A DNA stretch of 40,982 nucleotides, from the NCBI GenBank assembly GCA_034116505.1, contig JAXERM010000047.1:1-40982 (forward strand), written 5' to 3'. Every line of letters begins with the position of its first letter. Position 1 is the first letter of the stretch. The notes below the pieces were generated by a model. The model saw nothing but the letters and a program-made list of their open reading frames with translations. It did no database searches and had not been told where the DNA came from. Both the position numbers and the translations under genes were made by a program. This stretch comes from Bacilli bacterium (lineage in GTDB: Bacteria; Bacillota_I; Bacilli_A; RFN20; CAG-826). Below are positions 1 through 9,228 of the stretch, piece after piece.

Positions 1-347
1 CCTTTAGATATACAAATATCGCCGCCCAACACATGATATACACCGCGATATTCATTGCTATTTTCAAAAGGAAGAACATCTTTTGGCGCACTCACGACTA
101 AAATAGTGGAATGGTCACGGCTTTCATCTTTGCATATTTCGCATTCATCCATATCGGTATATGCACCGCATATTGGACAATGATGTATTGTTTGTTTTAT
201 TTCTTGAATGCTAGAAGCAAATTCTAATAAATCTTCTTCATCCATTTCTAACATTTTATAAGCCATCCGCTCAGCGGATTTACGACCAACTCCTGGTAAT
301 TTAGCTAATGAATCTTCTAATCTTTGTAAAGCCTTAAGCTTTTCCAT
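1..347 (-). CDS. recR: Recombination protein RecR, N-terminal ~115 codons (gene runs off the left edge)
   Basis: Not in the ORF track because there is no stop in the window. Manual minus-strand translation from ATG 347..345 gives MEKLKALQRLEDSLAKLPGVGRKSAERMAYKML...HHCPICGAYTDMDECEICKD...YRGVYHVLGG. That covers the HhH, the C4 zinc finger and the start of Toprim. The start overlaps the ybaB stop (TAATG). Gene order is the canonical dnaX-ybaB-recR. Confidence 0.9.
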   Translation of the reverse strand, partial: MEKLKALQRLEDSLAKLPGVGRKSAERMAYKMLEMDEEDLLEFASSIQEIKQTIHHCPICGAYTDMDECEICKDESRDHSTILVVSAPKDVLPFENSNEYRGVYHVLGGDICISK

Positions 348-652
348 TAGAAGCCCCCCATTCCGCCTCTAGAACCAGTGATTCTTTCATTAATATCGCC
401 TTTTGCTTGTTCAATTTGTTTTCTTAATTCATTGACACCCATGACGATGAGATCTTGTAACATTTCTTTGTTATCTTTATCTAATGCATCTTCATCGATA
501 TTAATTTCTTTTAAGTCGCCGTTACCATAGATGGTAATAGTAACAGCCCCGCTTTTGTTAACACTAAATTCTTTTTTAGCAAGTTCTTCAAATGCTTTTC
601 TTAATTCTCTTTGCATTTTTTGTGCTTGCATCATCATTTGTTGCATGTTCAT
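347..652 (-). CDS. ybaB: YbaB/EbfC family nucleoid-associated DNA-binding protein
   Basis: 101-aa ORF with an MQQMMMQAQKMQ...ELAKKEF N-terminus and a glycine-rich tail. AGGAG lies upstream. It sits between dnaX and recR as in most bacteria. Confidence 0.9.
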   Translation of the reverse strand: MNMQQMMMQAQKMQRELRKAFEELAKKEFSVNKSGAVTITIYGNGDLKEINIDEDALDKDNKEMLQDLIVMGVNELRKQIEQAKGDINERITGSRGGMGGF

Positions 653-657
653 AACAA

Positions 658-2361
658 TTATTCTCCTACTATATCTAATTCAATTGTGTTTGGTTTTGGT
701 AATTTATTTAGTTGTAATAAATTCATGTATAGTTGTTGTAATCTAATGGATTCGTTACGGTATACCGCGTATACGAATAATTTTTGATTAAATGTATTCA
801 TGACGACATTTTGTAAATCAATTTGATTCGCGATTAGATTTGTTTTTTCCACTAATGATTTGGTTGGATATTCAACTAAGAGTACTTTATTAGAAACCAC
901 TAATGGGTGACCGTCGACTAACATGTTCGCGGCCTTTGCTAATTTTGGATGAGATTTTAACAATTTTAATTTATCCCAAGAACTGATGAACTGTCTTTTC
1001 ACATCTTTTTTACTTAGGACCATAATCTTAAGCATTGTGTCATCATCAATGACAAAGTTCTCATCTTTTTGTGTCCCATTAATATAGATAATATCTTCAT
1101 CGAGAGAAATGGTTGGATGATCAATTATTGTTTCTTCTTGTAATAGATCAACTTGTTCTATTTTCTTTTCATCGTTATTAATCTTTTTTTCTTCAACTGG
1201 CGTTGGAATAACATTTTGAGGGACTTCTACGGGTTTTTCGACAACAATTTCCGGTTTTTTCGCTCTTTCTCTTACGATATTACCTTTATTTAATGAACAC
1301 AATTTTAACAATGTGACTTCGAATAAAGGATTAATCGCAGTGACGTTTTTATAATCTTTTAAGGTGTCCATTAAAATATCAATCATTTTGATTAAGTTTT
1401 CATTTTCGATATTGTCAGCAAGGTATTCTGCTTGTTCTTGAGACAGAACTTCTAAATAATTTGGCAATGAAGAAGATTGATAAATTAATGCATCCTTAAA
1501 AATCATCAAAAGATCATTTGTTAAGCGTTTGATATCTGTTCCTTTTAAGATATAGCTGTTTAATCTTTTTAAAACATCATTTAGATTGTTAGAGATGATG
1601 GAAGTGATTAAATTAATTTTCTCTTCCAAAGACTCTAACGAGAAAATGTCTAGGACATCTTGTTCATTTAAATGATCGTTAGAATAAGCAAGAACTTGGT
1701 CAAGAATGCTCAGCGCATCACGCATCCCGCCATCCGCCAAAGAGATGATGAGGTTTACCGCTTGGTCGTTATAAGGAATGTTCTCTTGTTCTAAGATTGT
1801 TTTAATTCTTTCTTTGATATCTCTATCAGATACTTTATTAAAATCGTATCTTTGACATCTAGATAAGATAGTAGGAAGAATTTTGTGTGGTTCCGTTGTT
1901 GCTAATATGAAGATCACGTGTTCTGGTGGTTCTTCTAATGTCTTTAATAAGGCATTAAATGCACCTTGTGTCATCATATGGACTTCGTCAATAATATAAA
2001 CCTTATATTTACCTAAAATCGTACCGTATTTAACTTTATCGATTAAATCTCTAATTTCATCTACGCCATTATTACTGGCTGCGTCGATTTCTAAAACATC
2101 TGGATGTGTGCCATCCTTAATAGCGATACAGTTTTTACATTCATTGCATTGACAGCCGATACCGTGTTCGCAGTTAAGAGCTTTGGCTAATAATTTTGCC
2201 ATTGTAGTCTTACCTGTTCCGCGAGGACCAGCAAAAAGATATGCATGAGCAATTTTTCCGGTTGCTAAAGCATTTTTTAACGTTTTAACGATATGTTGTT
2301 GCCCTGCAACCTCGTCAAATGTTGAAGGACGATATGTTCTATAAAGAGCTTTATATGCCAT
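658..2361 (-). CDS. dnaX: DNA polymerase III subunit gamma/tau
   Basis: Walker A GPRGTGKTT, a C-x-C zinc module (CEHGIGCQCNECKNC), Walker B IIDEVHM and SRC (LSRCQRY). I prefer ATG at 2361 (MAYKALYRTYRP). The GTG at 2370 used by the ORF track lies inside the AGGTGA Shine-Dalgarno. Confidence 0.95.
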   Translation of the reverse strand: MAYKALYRTYRPSTFDEVAGQQHIVKTLKNALATGKIAHAYLFAGPRGTGKTTMAKLLAKALNCEHGIGCQCNECKNCIAIKDGTHPDVLEIDAASNNGVDEIRDLIDKVKYGTILGKYKVYIIDEVHMMTQGAFNALLKTLEEPPEHVIFILATTEPHKILPTILSRCQRYDFNKVSDRDIKERIKTILEQENIPYNDQAVNLIISLADGGMRDALSILDQVLAYSNDHLNEQDVLDIFSLESLEEKINLITSIISNNLNDVLKRLNSYILKGTDIKRLTNDLLMIFKDALIYQSSSLPNYLEVLSQEQAEYLADNIENENLIKMIDILMDTLKDYKNVTAINPLFEVTLLKLCSLNKGNIVRERAKKPEIVVEKPVEVPQNVIPTPVEEKKINNDEKKIEQVDLLQEETIIDHPTISLDEDIIYINGTQKDENFVIDDDTMLKIMVLSKKDVKRQFISSWDKLKLLKSHPKLAKAANMLVDGHPLVVSNKVLLVEYPTKSLVEKTNLIANQIDLQNVVMNTFNQKLFVYAVYRNESIRLQQLYMNLLQLNKLPKPNTIELDIVGE

Positions 2362-2543
2362 ATATTTCACCTTTTTAGATTATACACAAATCATCCTTAT
2401 TCATAAAGCAATTTAATATTAATATTAAGGAAAAATATTATGCCCCTTTTTTCCATTGTTCATTTTTGATAAAATCTATAAGGCATAAGTAGTTTAACTA
2501 TTTTTGAACGTTTAAATTTTCCAAGAAAGGAAATAGTTATTAT

Positions 2544-3620
2544 ATGGAAGAAAGCATGAGAAATCGCTTAGAAGTAGCGATAAAAAGACTTGAAGAAATT
2601 GACCGTGAATTAATGGATGAAAACATTATGAAGGATATTAAGCACTTTCGTGAGATTTCAAAAGAAAGAGCAAATATCGAACCACAAGTTACTTCTTATT
2701 TAAGTTATAAAAAATTAGAAGAAAATCTTAAAGACGCAATAGAGATGTCACATGATAGTGATCCAGATATCTCAGAAATGGCAAAAGAAGAAGTTAAAAC
2801 AATTCAAGAACAACTTCCTATTTTAGAACAACAAATTAAAGAACTATTATTACCTAAAGATCCAAATGATGATAAAAACATCATCGTAGAAATTAGAGGG
2901 GCTGTCGGTGGAGACGAAGCCAATATTTTTGCTGGCGATTTATTTAGAATGTATACAAGATACGCAGAAGCACAAGGATGGAAAATCCAAATGCTTGATG
3001 AATATCCTTCTGAAGCTGGTGGTTTCTCGATGGTTTCTTTTAAAATCAGCGGAAAGATGGTCTACTCAAAATTAAAATTTGAAAGTGGAGCCCATCGTGT
3101 GCAACGCGTTCCTAGAACAGAAGCTAGTGGTAGAATTCACACAAGCACTGCCACTGTATTGGTCATGCCAGAAGCAGAAGAAATCGATATTGAAATTAAT
3201 CCAAATGATTTACAAGTTGATACATACCATTCTCAAGGTGCGGGTGGTCAAAACGTTAATAAAACAGAATCTGCAGTTCGCATTACTCACATTCCTACAG
3301 GAACTGTTGTAGCGTGTCAAACTGAAAAATCGCAAATTCAAAACCGTGAAATTGCCATGCAGATGTTAAGAACCAAAATGTATGCGATTGAATTAGCGAA
3401 ACAGCAAGAGGAAATTGGAAATGAAAGAAGGTTAAAAGTAGGAACGGGTGAACGCTCTGAAAAAATCCGTACTTATAACTATCCACAGAATCGTGTGACC
3501 GACCATAGAATTTCCTTTACAATTCAAAAATTAGACCGCGTGATGGAGGGCGATATCGATGAGATTATAAACGCTCTTATCCATTACGATCAATCGATGA
3601 AAATGATCGAGGAAAAATAA
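2544..3620 (+). CDS. prfA: Peptide chain release factor 1
   Basis: GGQ motif ([11 protein letters not shown]) and P-x-T tripeptide (VPRTE). Followed by prmC with ATGA-style coupling. An alternative start is ATG 2556. Confidence 0.95.
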   Translation: MEESMRNRLEVAIKRLEEIDRELMDENIMKDIKHFREISKERANIEPQVTSYLSYKKLEENLKDAIEMSHDSDPDISEMAKEEVKTIQEQLPILEQQIKELLLPKDPNDDKNIIVEIRGAVGGDEANIFAGDLFRMYTRYAEAQGWKIQMLDEYPSEAGGFSMVSFKISGKMVYSKLKFESGAHRVQRVPRTEASGRIHTSTATVLVMPEAEEIDIEINPNDLQVDTYHSQGAGGQNVNKTESAVRITHIPTGTVVACQTEKSQIQNREIAMQMLRTKMYAIELAKQQEEIGNERRLKVGTGERSEKIRTYNYPQNRVTDHRISFTIQKLDRVMEGDIDEIINALIHYDQSMKMIEEK

Positions 3621-4456
3621 TGTTGACTAACCGTGAAGCCTATTTTTCCTTGCTAAAAGAAAATAATCGTTATTTGCACAAGTCAATTATTGTAGAATTA
3701 CTGTGTGATATTAACACTTTTGAATCGCATAGTGATCTTTATCGTCATTTCGATGATCCATGCAAAAACTATGAAAAATTGATGGAATACGCCGCAAAAG
3801 TTAAAGAAGGCATCCCTTATCAACATGTTCTAGGATATAGTTTTTTTCTCGGCCATAAGGTGAAGGTAAATAACGAAGTTTTGATTCCTCGACAGGAGAC
3901 AGAACAGCTTGTCGTGGACACAATTTTATATATTAAAAAGAATTTTAAAGATACTGATTCGTTAATTATTGGCGATATTTGCACCGGTAGTGGAGCAATC
4001 GCTTTATCATTAAAAAAAGAATTCCCGAACGCTAAAGTATACGCTAGTGATATTTCTCCTGAAGCACTTAATATTGCTAAACAAAATTTCCAAGATTTAG
4101 ATATCACAGTTTATCAAGGCGATATGGCGGAACCTTTTGTTAATAATAAGGTTAAATTGGATGTATTATTATGCAACCCTCCTTATATTGAAAATATTTC
4201 TAATATTGATGAACAAGTTTATAAATATGAACCGCACCTCGCATTAATCGCACAACCAAATTATAAATATTACAAAGCGTTATTTGAAAAAGTGCCGGAA
4301 ATTATGAATAAAGACCATTTCTATATCGCTTTAGAGATTGAAGAAGATATGCAGCAAGAATTATTGGGGTTAATTGGAGATTATTTCCCAGAATGTGCAT
4401 ATTGCTTCCATCATGATATTTATAATAAATTAAGATTTTTATATATAATAAAGTAG
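3620..4456 (+). CDS. prmC: Release-factor glutamine N5-methyltransferase PrmC/HemK
   Basis: SAM-binding GDICTGSGAI and catalytic NPPY (LLCNPPYI). The start overlaps the prfA stop by 1 nt (TAATG). Confidence 0.9.
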   Translation: MLTNREAYFSLLKENNRYLHKSIIVELLCDINTFESHSDLYRHFDDPCKNYEKLMEYAAKVKEGIPYQHVLGYSFFLGHKVKVNNEVLIPRQETEQLVVDTILYIKKNFKDTDSLIIGDICTGSGAIALSLKKEFPNAKVYASDISPEALNIAKQNFQDLDITVYQGDMAEPFVNNKVKLDVLLCNPPYIENISNIDEQVYKYEPHLALIAQPNYKYYKALFEKVPEIMNKDHFYIALEIEEDMQQELLGLIGDYFPECAYCFHHDIYNKLRFLYIIK

Positions 4457-4468
4457 AGGAACACGACT

Positions 4469-4912
4469 ATGTTAAAGATTGCAATTGGATCAGATCATGG
4501 TGGATATGATCAAAAAGAAGTAATTATTAATCATTTAAAAGAAAAAGGATATGAAGTGGTTGATGTTGGGACAAATTCAACCGCCTCTTGTAATTATCCT
4601 GTTTACGGTGAAAAAGTCGCAGATTTAGTGGCTAATCATGATGTCGATTATGGCATTGTTGTTTGTACAAGTGGTGAAGGCATTTGCATGTCTGCAAATA
4701 AGGTCAAGGGTGTAAGATGCGGCATTGCTTATAATGACGAAGTCGCAAGATTAATGCGTCAACATAATGATGCGAATGTTGTGGCCTTTGGGGCTAAATT
4801 TATGAATGATGAAGATGTTCTTCGCCGCGTCGATATCTTTTTAAGCACAGAATTTGAAGGTGGCCGTCATCAAAAACGTGTTGATTTAATAAATCTTATT
4901 GAAAATAAATAA
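4469..4912 (+). CDS. rpiB: Ribose-5-phosphate isomerase B (RpiB/LacA/LacB family)
   Basis: IAIGSDHGGYDQKE and VCTSGEGICMSANK motifs, 147 aa, AGAGGA RBS. Confidence 0.9.
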   Translation: MLKIAIGSDHGGYDQKEVIINHLKEKGYEVVDVGTNSTASCNYPVYGEKVADLVANHDVDYGIVVCTSGEGICMSANKVKGVRCGIAYNDEVARLMRQHNDANVVAFGAKFMNDEDVLRRVDIFLSTEFEGGRHQKRVDLINLIENK

Positions 4913-4967
4913 TTTTTTTCTCATTATTTTTTCAAATCCTTCTATTTATATATAGGAGGGTTTTATT

Positions 4968-6116
4968 TTGTTCCGTTGTCCAATATGTGGTAATCAAGAT
5001 GATAAATATATCGGTTATCGTAAAGGTAAACCATATTGTCGTCGTTGTATCTCTTTTCGAGGTAATGAACTAATCACACCAATCTATTTTTCTACAAAAG
5101 CCGACTATAAACTCAATTATGAATTAACCAAAGACCAGCTTATTCTCTCTAAGAAATTGGTGCATAATTTTCAATCTGGAATTAATTCTTTAGTGAACGC
5201 TGTTTGTGGTGCAGGAAAAACAGAAATCGTATTAGAAGTAATTAAGTATGCGATTGAAAAAAGGTTAAAAGTTGGATTTGCAGTTCCGCGTGTAGATGTG
5301 GTGAAAGAACTATATATTAGATTCAAAGAAATATTTAAGAAAAACAAATTAACACTTGTTTATGGTGGACATCATGAAAGTTTACAAGGAGATTTAGTTT
5401 GTTTGACGACGCATCAATTATTTCGTTATGAAAAATACTTTGATTTATTAATTCTCGATGAGATTGACGCTTTCCCATATCAAGGTAATGAAGTATTAAA
5501 AGCATTCTTTTATCGCGCAGTTAAAGGTCAGTTCATCTTAATGTCAGCAACCCCATCAAATGACACTATTCATGAATTAAAAGCGCAAAAAGTTGATATT
5601 TTATACTTAAATACCCGTTTTCATATGCAACCTTTACCAGTACCTAAAGTCTATTCATCTCCTGGACTAACACAATTTATTGTCTTGATCCGCACTTTAA
5701 AAAGATTCATAAAGAAGAACCTTCCTACATTCGTTTTCGCCCCAACTATTCCTTTATGTGAAAAGATTTATCGCTTTGTAAATTATGTGGTCCCTGGCGG
5801 TAATTACGTTCATTCTAAATGTTTAGATCGTAGTGAACGAATCGAAAATTTTCGTAAGGGTAAATACTCATTTCTTATCACAACAGCGGTATTAGAACGC
5901 GGTGTCACTGTAAAGAATTTGCAGGTTATAATTATGTATGCAAATCACCCCTTTTACAAATCTTCTTCGCTCATTCAGATAAGCGGTAGAGCGGGTAGAA
6001 AAATAGATGCACCGACTGGAGAAGTAATATTTATATGCGAGGAGATTAATGATGAAATTAATCGATGCATTAACACAATTAAAACCAAAAACAAGGATTT
6101 GCAAAATCTGTTTTAA
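4968..6116 (+). CDS. comFA: ComFA-like DEAD/DEAH-box helicase (competence/DNA-uptake ATPase family)
   Basis: TTG start 7 nt after TAGGAGGG. N-terminal zinc ribbon CPICGN...CRRC. Walker A CGAGKTE, DEID box (LILDEIDAF) and MSATP motif III. Followed by comFC. Confidence 0.75.
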   Translation: MFRCPICGNQDDKYIGYRKGKPYCRRCISFRGNELITPIYFSTKADYKLNYELTKDQLILSKKLVHNFQSGINSLVNAVCGAGKTEIVLEVIKYAIEKRLKVGFAVPRVDVVKELYIRFKEIFKKNKLTLVYGGHHESLQGDLVCLTTHQLFRYEKYFDLLILDEIDAFPYQGNEVLKAFFYRAVKGQFILMSATPSNDTIHELKAQKVDILYLNTRFHMQPLPVPKVYSSPGLTQFIVLIRTLKRFIKKNLPTFVFAPTIPLCEKIYRFVNYVVPGGNYVHSKCLDRSERIENFRKGKYSFLITTAVLERGVTVKNLQVIIMYANHPFYKSSSLIQISGRAGRKIDAPTGEVIFICEEINDEINRCINTIKTKNKDLQNLF

Positions 6117-6705
6117 ACCAATTACTCCAAAAAGTGTGCTTGATATATTCTTTTATCCAAATTATTGCTTATCTTGTCTAAGAGAAATTCTTCCAGTATT
6201 ACAAATATTTACATTTCACCGCATCGAAGTATTTACCCTTTACGAATATGATGAAAAAATGCAGTCTTTGATATACCAGCTAAAAGGTTGTTATGACATT
6301 GAAATTAGCGATATTTTCTTATGTCGATATTATCGCGAACTATCATTATATTTTTTTGATTATTATATGGTTCCGATTCCTTCGTATCATGAAGATGACG
6401 AGCAAAGAGAATTCAATCATGTGGAAGAAATATTTAAATATCTAAAACTTCCAATGATTAAAGTATTAGAAAAGTGTGCGGCGTTCAAGCAAGCATCACA
6501 TCATAAAAAAGAAAGAAGCGAGATTGCGAAATTTATTAGATTTATTGGCAAAACAGAACAGATTAAAAACAAAAAAATCTTAATTGTCGATGATGTCTTC
6601 ACAACAGGAAGCACATTAAAAGCATGTATTGATCTGATTAACCAACATCATCCTAAATGTGTCAAAGCATTGATTATTTCCAAAACTATTAATAAACAAA
6701 AATGA
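6049..6705 (+). CDS. comFC: ComFC/ComF-family phosphoribosyltransferase-domain protein
   Basis: N-terminal Cys pairs (CKIC...CLSC) and PRTase loop ILIVDDVFTTGSTL. GAGGAG at 6039-6044 precedes ATG 6049/6052. The gene overlaps the comFA 3-prime end. Confidence 0.75.
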   Translation: MMKLIDALTQLKPKTRICKICFKPITPKSVLDIFFYPNYCLSCLREILPVLQIFTFHRIEVFTLYEYDEKMQSLIYQLKGCYDIEISDIFLCRYYRELSLYFFDYYMVPIPSYHEDDEQREFNHVEEIFKYLKLPMIKVLEKCAAFKQASHHKKERSEIAKFIRFIGKTEQIKNKKILIVDDVFTTGSTLKACIDLINQHHPKCVKALIISKTINKQK

Positions 6706-6809
6706 GTTTTGTTTGCCGTGAAGTCTAACTTAATGTTAGTATATATAGCGAATGCATGACATTCTTTATATATTAAAGAAAGGCACAGTTATAATGTGTA
6801 GGTGAAATT

Positions 6810-9227
6810 ATGGGTTTTTTCGATAGAAGAGCAATCAAAAAATATTCTCGTGAAGCCGATAAAGTCATTGCTTATGAAGATAAAATGAGAGCATTAAGCG
6901 ATGATGAATTAAGAGGCAAAACCTTATATTTTAGAGAGCGTTTAGCTAAAGGTGAAACTTTAGATGATATTAAATATGAAGCTTTTGCGGTTGCAAGAGA
7001 AGCAGCAAAAAGAACAATTAATCAATTCCCTTATAAAGTACAAATTATCGGTTCATTAGTTCTTCATGATGGTGAAGTAGCTGAAATGAAAACCGGTGAA
7101 GGTAAAACCTTAACATGTACAATGGCGGTTTATCTTAATGCTTTAGCGGGAAAAGGTGTTCATGTTGTTACTGTGAACGAATATTTAAGTCAACGTGACG
7201 CGGATTGGATGGGTCAAATTTATCGTTTCTTAGGTTTAACTGTCGGTGTGAACGCGAGAAGTAAAACCACAAGCGAAAAGAAAGAGGCTTATTTGTGTGA
7301 CATCACATATACCACCAATTCAGAATTAGGCTTTGATTATCTTAGAGATAATATGGCCACTACGATGGAACGTCGCGTATTAAGAGGTTTAAATTTCTGT
7401 ATCGTTGACGAAGCAGACTCCATCTTAATTGATGAATCAAGAACCCCATTAATTATTTCTGGTGGTGTTAAAACTTCATCCAGCCAATATACAGTCGCGG
7501 ACCGCTTTGTTAAAGCGCTAAAGAAAAATACTGATTTCACCGTTGATGTGAAAGAAAAGACTGTTAACTTAACAGATTCTGGTAACCAAAAAGCAGAAAG
7601 AATGTTTGGTATCCGTAATTTATATGATCCAGAATATTTCGATCTAGTCCACCGCATTAATAATGCGTTAAGAGCTAACTATATTATGGCTAGAGATGTG
7701 GATTATCTTATAGATAAAGAAAATCAAGTTCAAATCATTGACCAATTCACCGGCCGTGTTTTACCTGGTAGAGAATGGAGTGATGGCTTACATCAAGCAG
7801 TCCAAGCAAAAGAAAATGTGGAAATCAAACAAGAAACAGTGACTATGGCCACAATTACATATCAAAACTTCTTCCGTATTTATAAGAAGATGTCTGGTAT
7901 GACTGGTACTGCAAAAACTGAAGAAGAAGAATTCCGTAAAATCTATAATATGCGCGTTATTGTCATTCCAACCAATCGTCCAATTAAACGTATTGATGCG
8001 ATTGATTATGTATATGCGCACAAAGGTCCAAAATTAAAAGCATTAATCGCCGAAGTAAAAGAAAGACATGAGAAAGGTCAACCAATCCTAATTGGTACTG
8101 TCTCAGTTGAATCTTCTGAAGAAATTTCTAATTTATTAACCCAAGCTGGTTTACCTCACGAAATGTTAAACGCAAAAAATCACGCAAGAGAAGCAGAAAT
8201 TATTGCGCAAGCCGGTCGTAAAGGAGCGATTACACTCGCAACAAATATGGCGGGCCGTGGTACCGATATTAAGATCGATGACGAAGTCAAAGCGCTAGGT
8301 GGATTATGTGTCTTTGGTACTGAAAGACATGAATCACGTCGTATTGATAACCAATTACGTGGTCGTTCTGGTCGTCAAGGCGATCCAGGTTTCTCACGTT
8401 TCTATGTCTCTTTCGATGATACATTATTAGTGAGATTCGCCGCTGATGCGATGCGTAATTACATCGAAAAGAATTTCGGTGATGAAGCACTTGAAAGCAA
8501 AATGATTTCAAACGCTGTTACTAGTGCGCAGAAGAAAATTGAAGGTATGAACTTCGACACTCGTAAGAGCTTATTAGATTATGATGATGTTTTAGCAAAA
8601 CAAAGACAAAATGTTTACGATAAACGCGACCGCATTATCGAAGGTGCAGATATCAAAGATATTATCGATGATATATTTGCCCAAACAGGTATGTTCTTAG
8701 CTAAAAAAGCTGTTCCTAGTGATGGAAGTGGTTTGATTTCTGCTGAATTATTAATTAAAGAAGTTGAACCTAGATTCTTACCTAGTGGAACTATTTCTCC
8801 AGCATCTTATGAAGATGATTTAGTGGAAAACTGCGGTCAAGATTTAGGCGAATTAATTTTAAGACGTTATTTACGTAAAAAAGCAAAATTACCAACCGAT
8901 GTGGTTGAGAAAATTGAAAGAGATTTAATCCTACATTGTATTGACCAAAACTGGACAAAACATATCGACGCAATGGCAAGATTAAGAGAAGCTATTCATT
9001 TAAGAAGTTACGCTAACGTCAATCCATTACAAGACTATGTCAATGAAGGCTATGACATGTTTAAAGAATGTCTTGAAATGGCGTCAGTTGATTCCGTATT
9101 AAATTTAGTGAATATTGATAACTTTGTCGCTCAAGTCGTGGCACAACAACAAGCTAGAGAAGCCGCTGAAAGAGCGAAAGAATTAGAAGAAAAACAAGCT
9201 TTAGAAAATAAAAAGGACGAAGAATAA
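6810..9227 (+). CDS. secA: Preprotein translocase ATPase SecA
   Basis: MKTGEGKTL Walker A, DEADSILIDE DEAD box, TNMAGRGTDI. 805 aa, AGGTGA RBS. Confidence 0.97.
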   Translation: MGFFDRRAIKKYSREADKVIAYEDKMRALSDDELRGKTLYFRERLAKGETLDDIKYEAFAVAREAAKRTINQFPYKVQIIGSLVLHDGEVAEMKTGEGKTLTCTMAVYLNALAGKGVHVVTVNEYLSQRDADWMGQIYRFLGLTVGVNARSKTTSEKKEAYLCDITYTTNSELGFDYLRDNMATTMERRVLRGLNFCIVDEADSILIDESRTPLIISGGVKTSSSQYTVADRFVKALKKNTDFTVDVKEKTVNLTDSGNQKAERMFGIRNLYDPEYFDLVHRINNALRANYIMARDVDYLIDKENQVQIIDQFTGRVLPGREWSDGLHQAVQAKENVEIKQETVTMATITYQNFFRIYKKMSGMTGTAKTEEEEFRKIYNMRVIVIPTNRPIKRIDAIDYVYAHKGPKLKALIAEVKERHEKGQPILIGTVSVESSEEISNLLTQAGLPHEMLNAKNHAREAEIIAQAGRKGAITLATNMAGRGTDIKIDDEVKALGGLCVFGTERHESRRIDNQLRGRSGRQGDPGFSRFYVSFDDTLLVRFAADAMRNYIEKNFGDEALESKMISNAVTSAQKKIEGMNFDTRKSLLDYDDVLAKQRQNVYDKRDRIIEGADIKDIIDDIFAQTGMFLAKKAVPSDGSGLISAELLIKEVEPRFLPSGTISPASYEDDLVENCGQDLGELILRRYLRKKAKLPTDVVEKIERDLILHCIDQNWTKHIDAMARLREAIHLRSYANVNPLQDYVNEGYDMFKECLEMASVDSVLNLVNIDNFVAQVVAQQQAREAAERAKELEEKQALENKKDEE

Positions 9228-9228
9228 T

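Noticed and set aside
2371-2543. Looked for the SRP (4.5S/scRNA) gene that precedes dnaX in Bacillus-type genomes. Also looked for RNase P, tmRNA or riboswitch/T-box leaders in this and the other long intergenic regions (6706-6809, 15579-15820, 35322-35582, 36885-37872).
   Set aside because: These regions lack the GC-rich conserved cores (the SRP GGAAG-loop helix, GAGGAAAGTCC of RNase P, T-box or specifier structures). They are AT-rich spacers with promoter-like hexamers.
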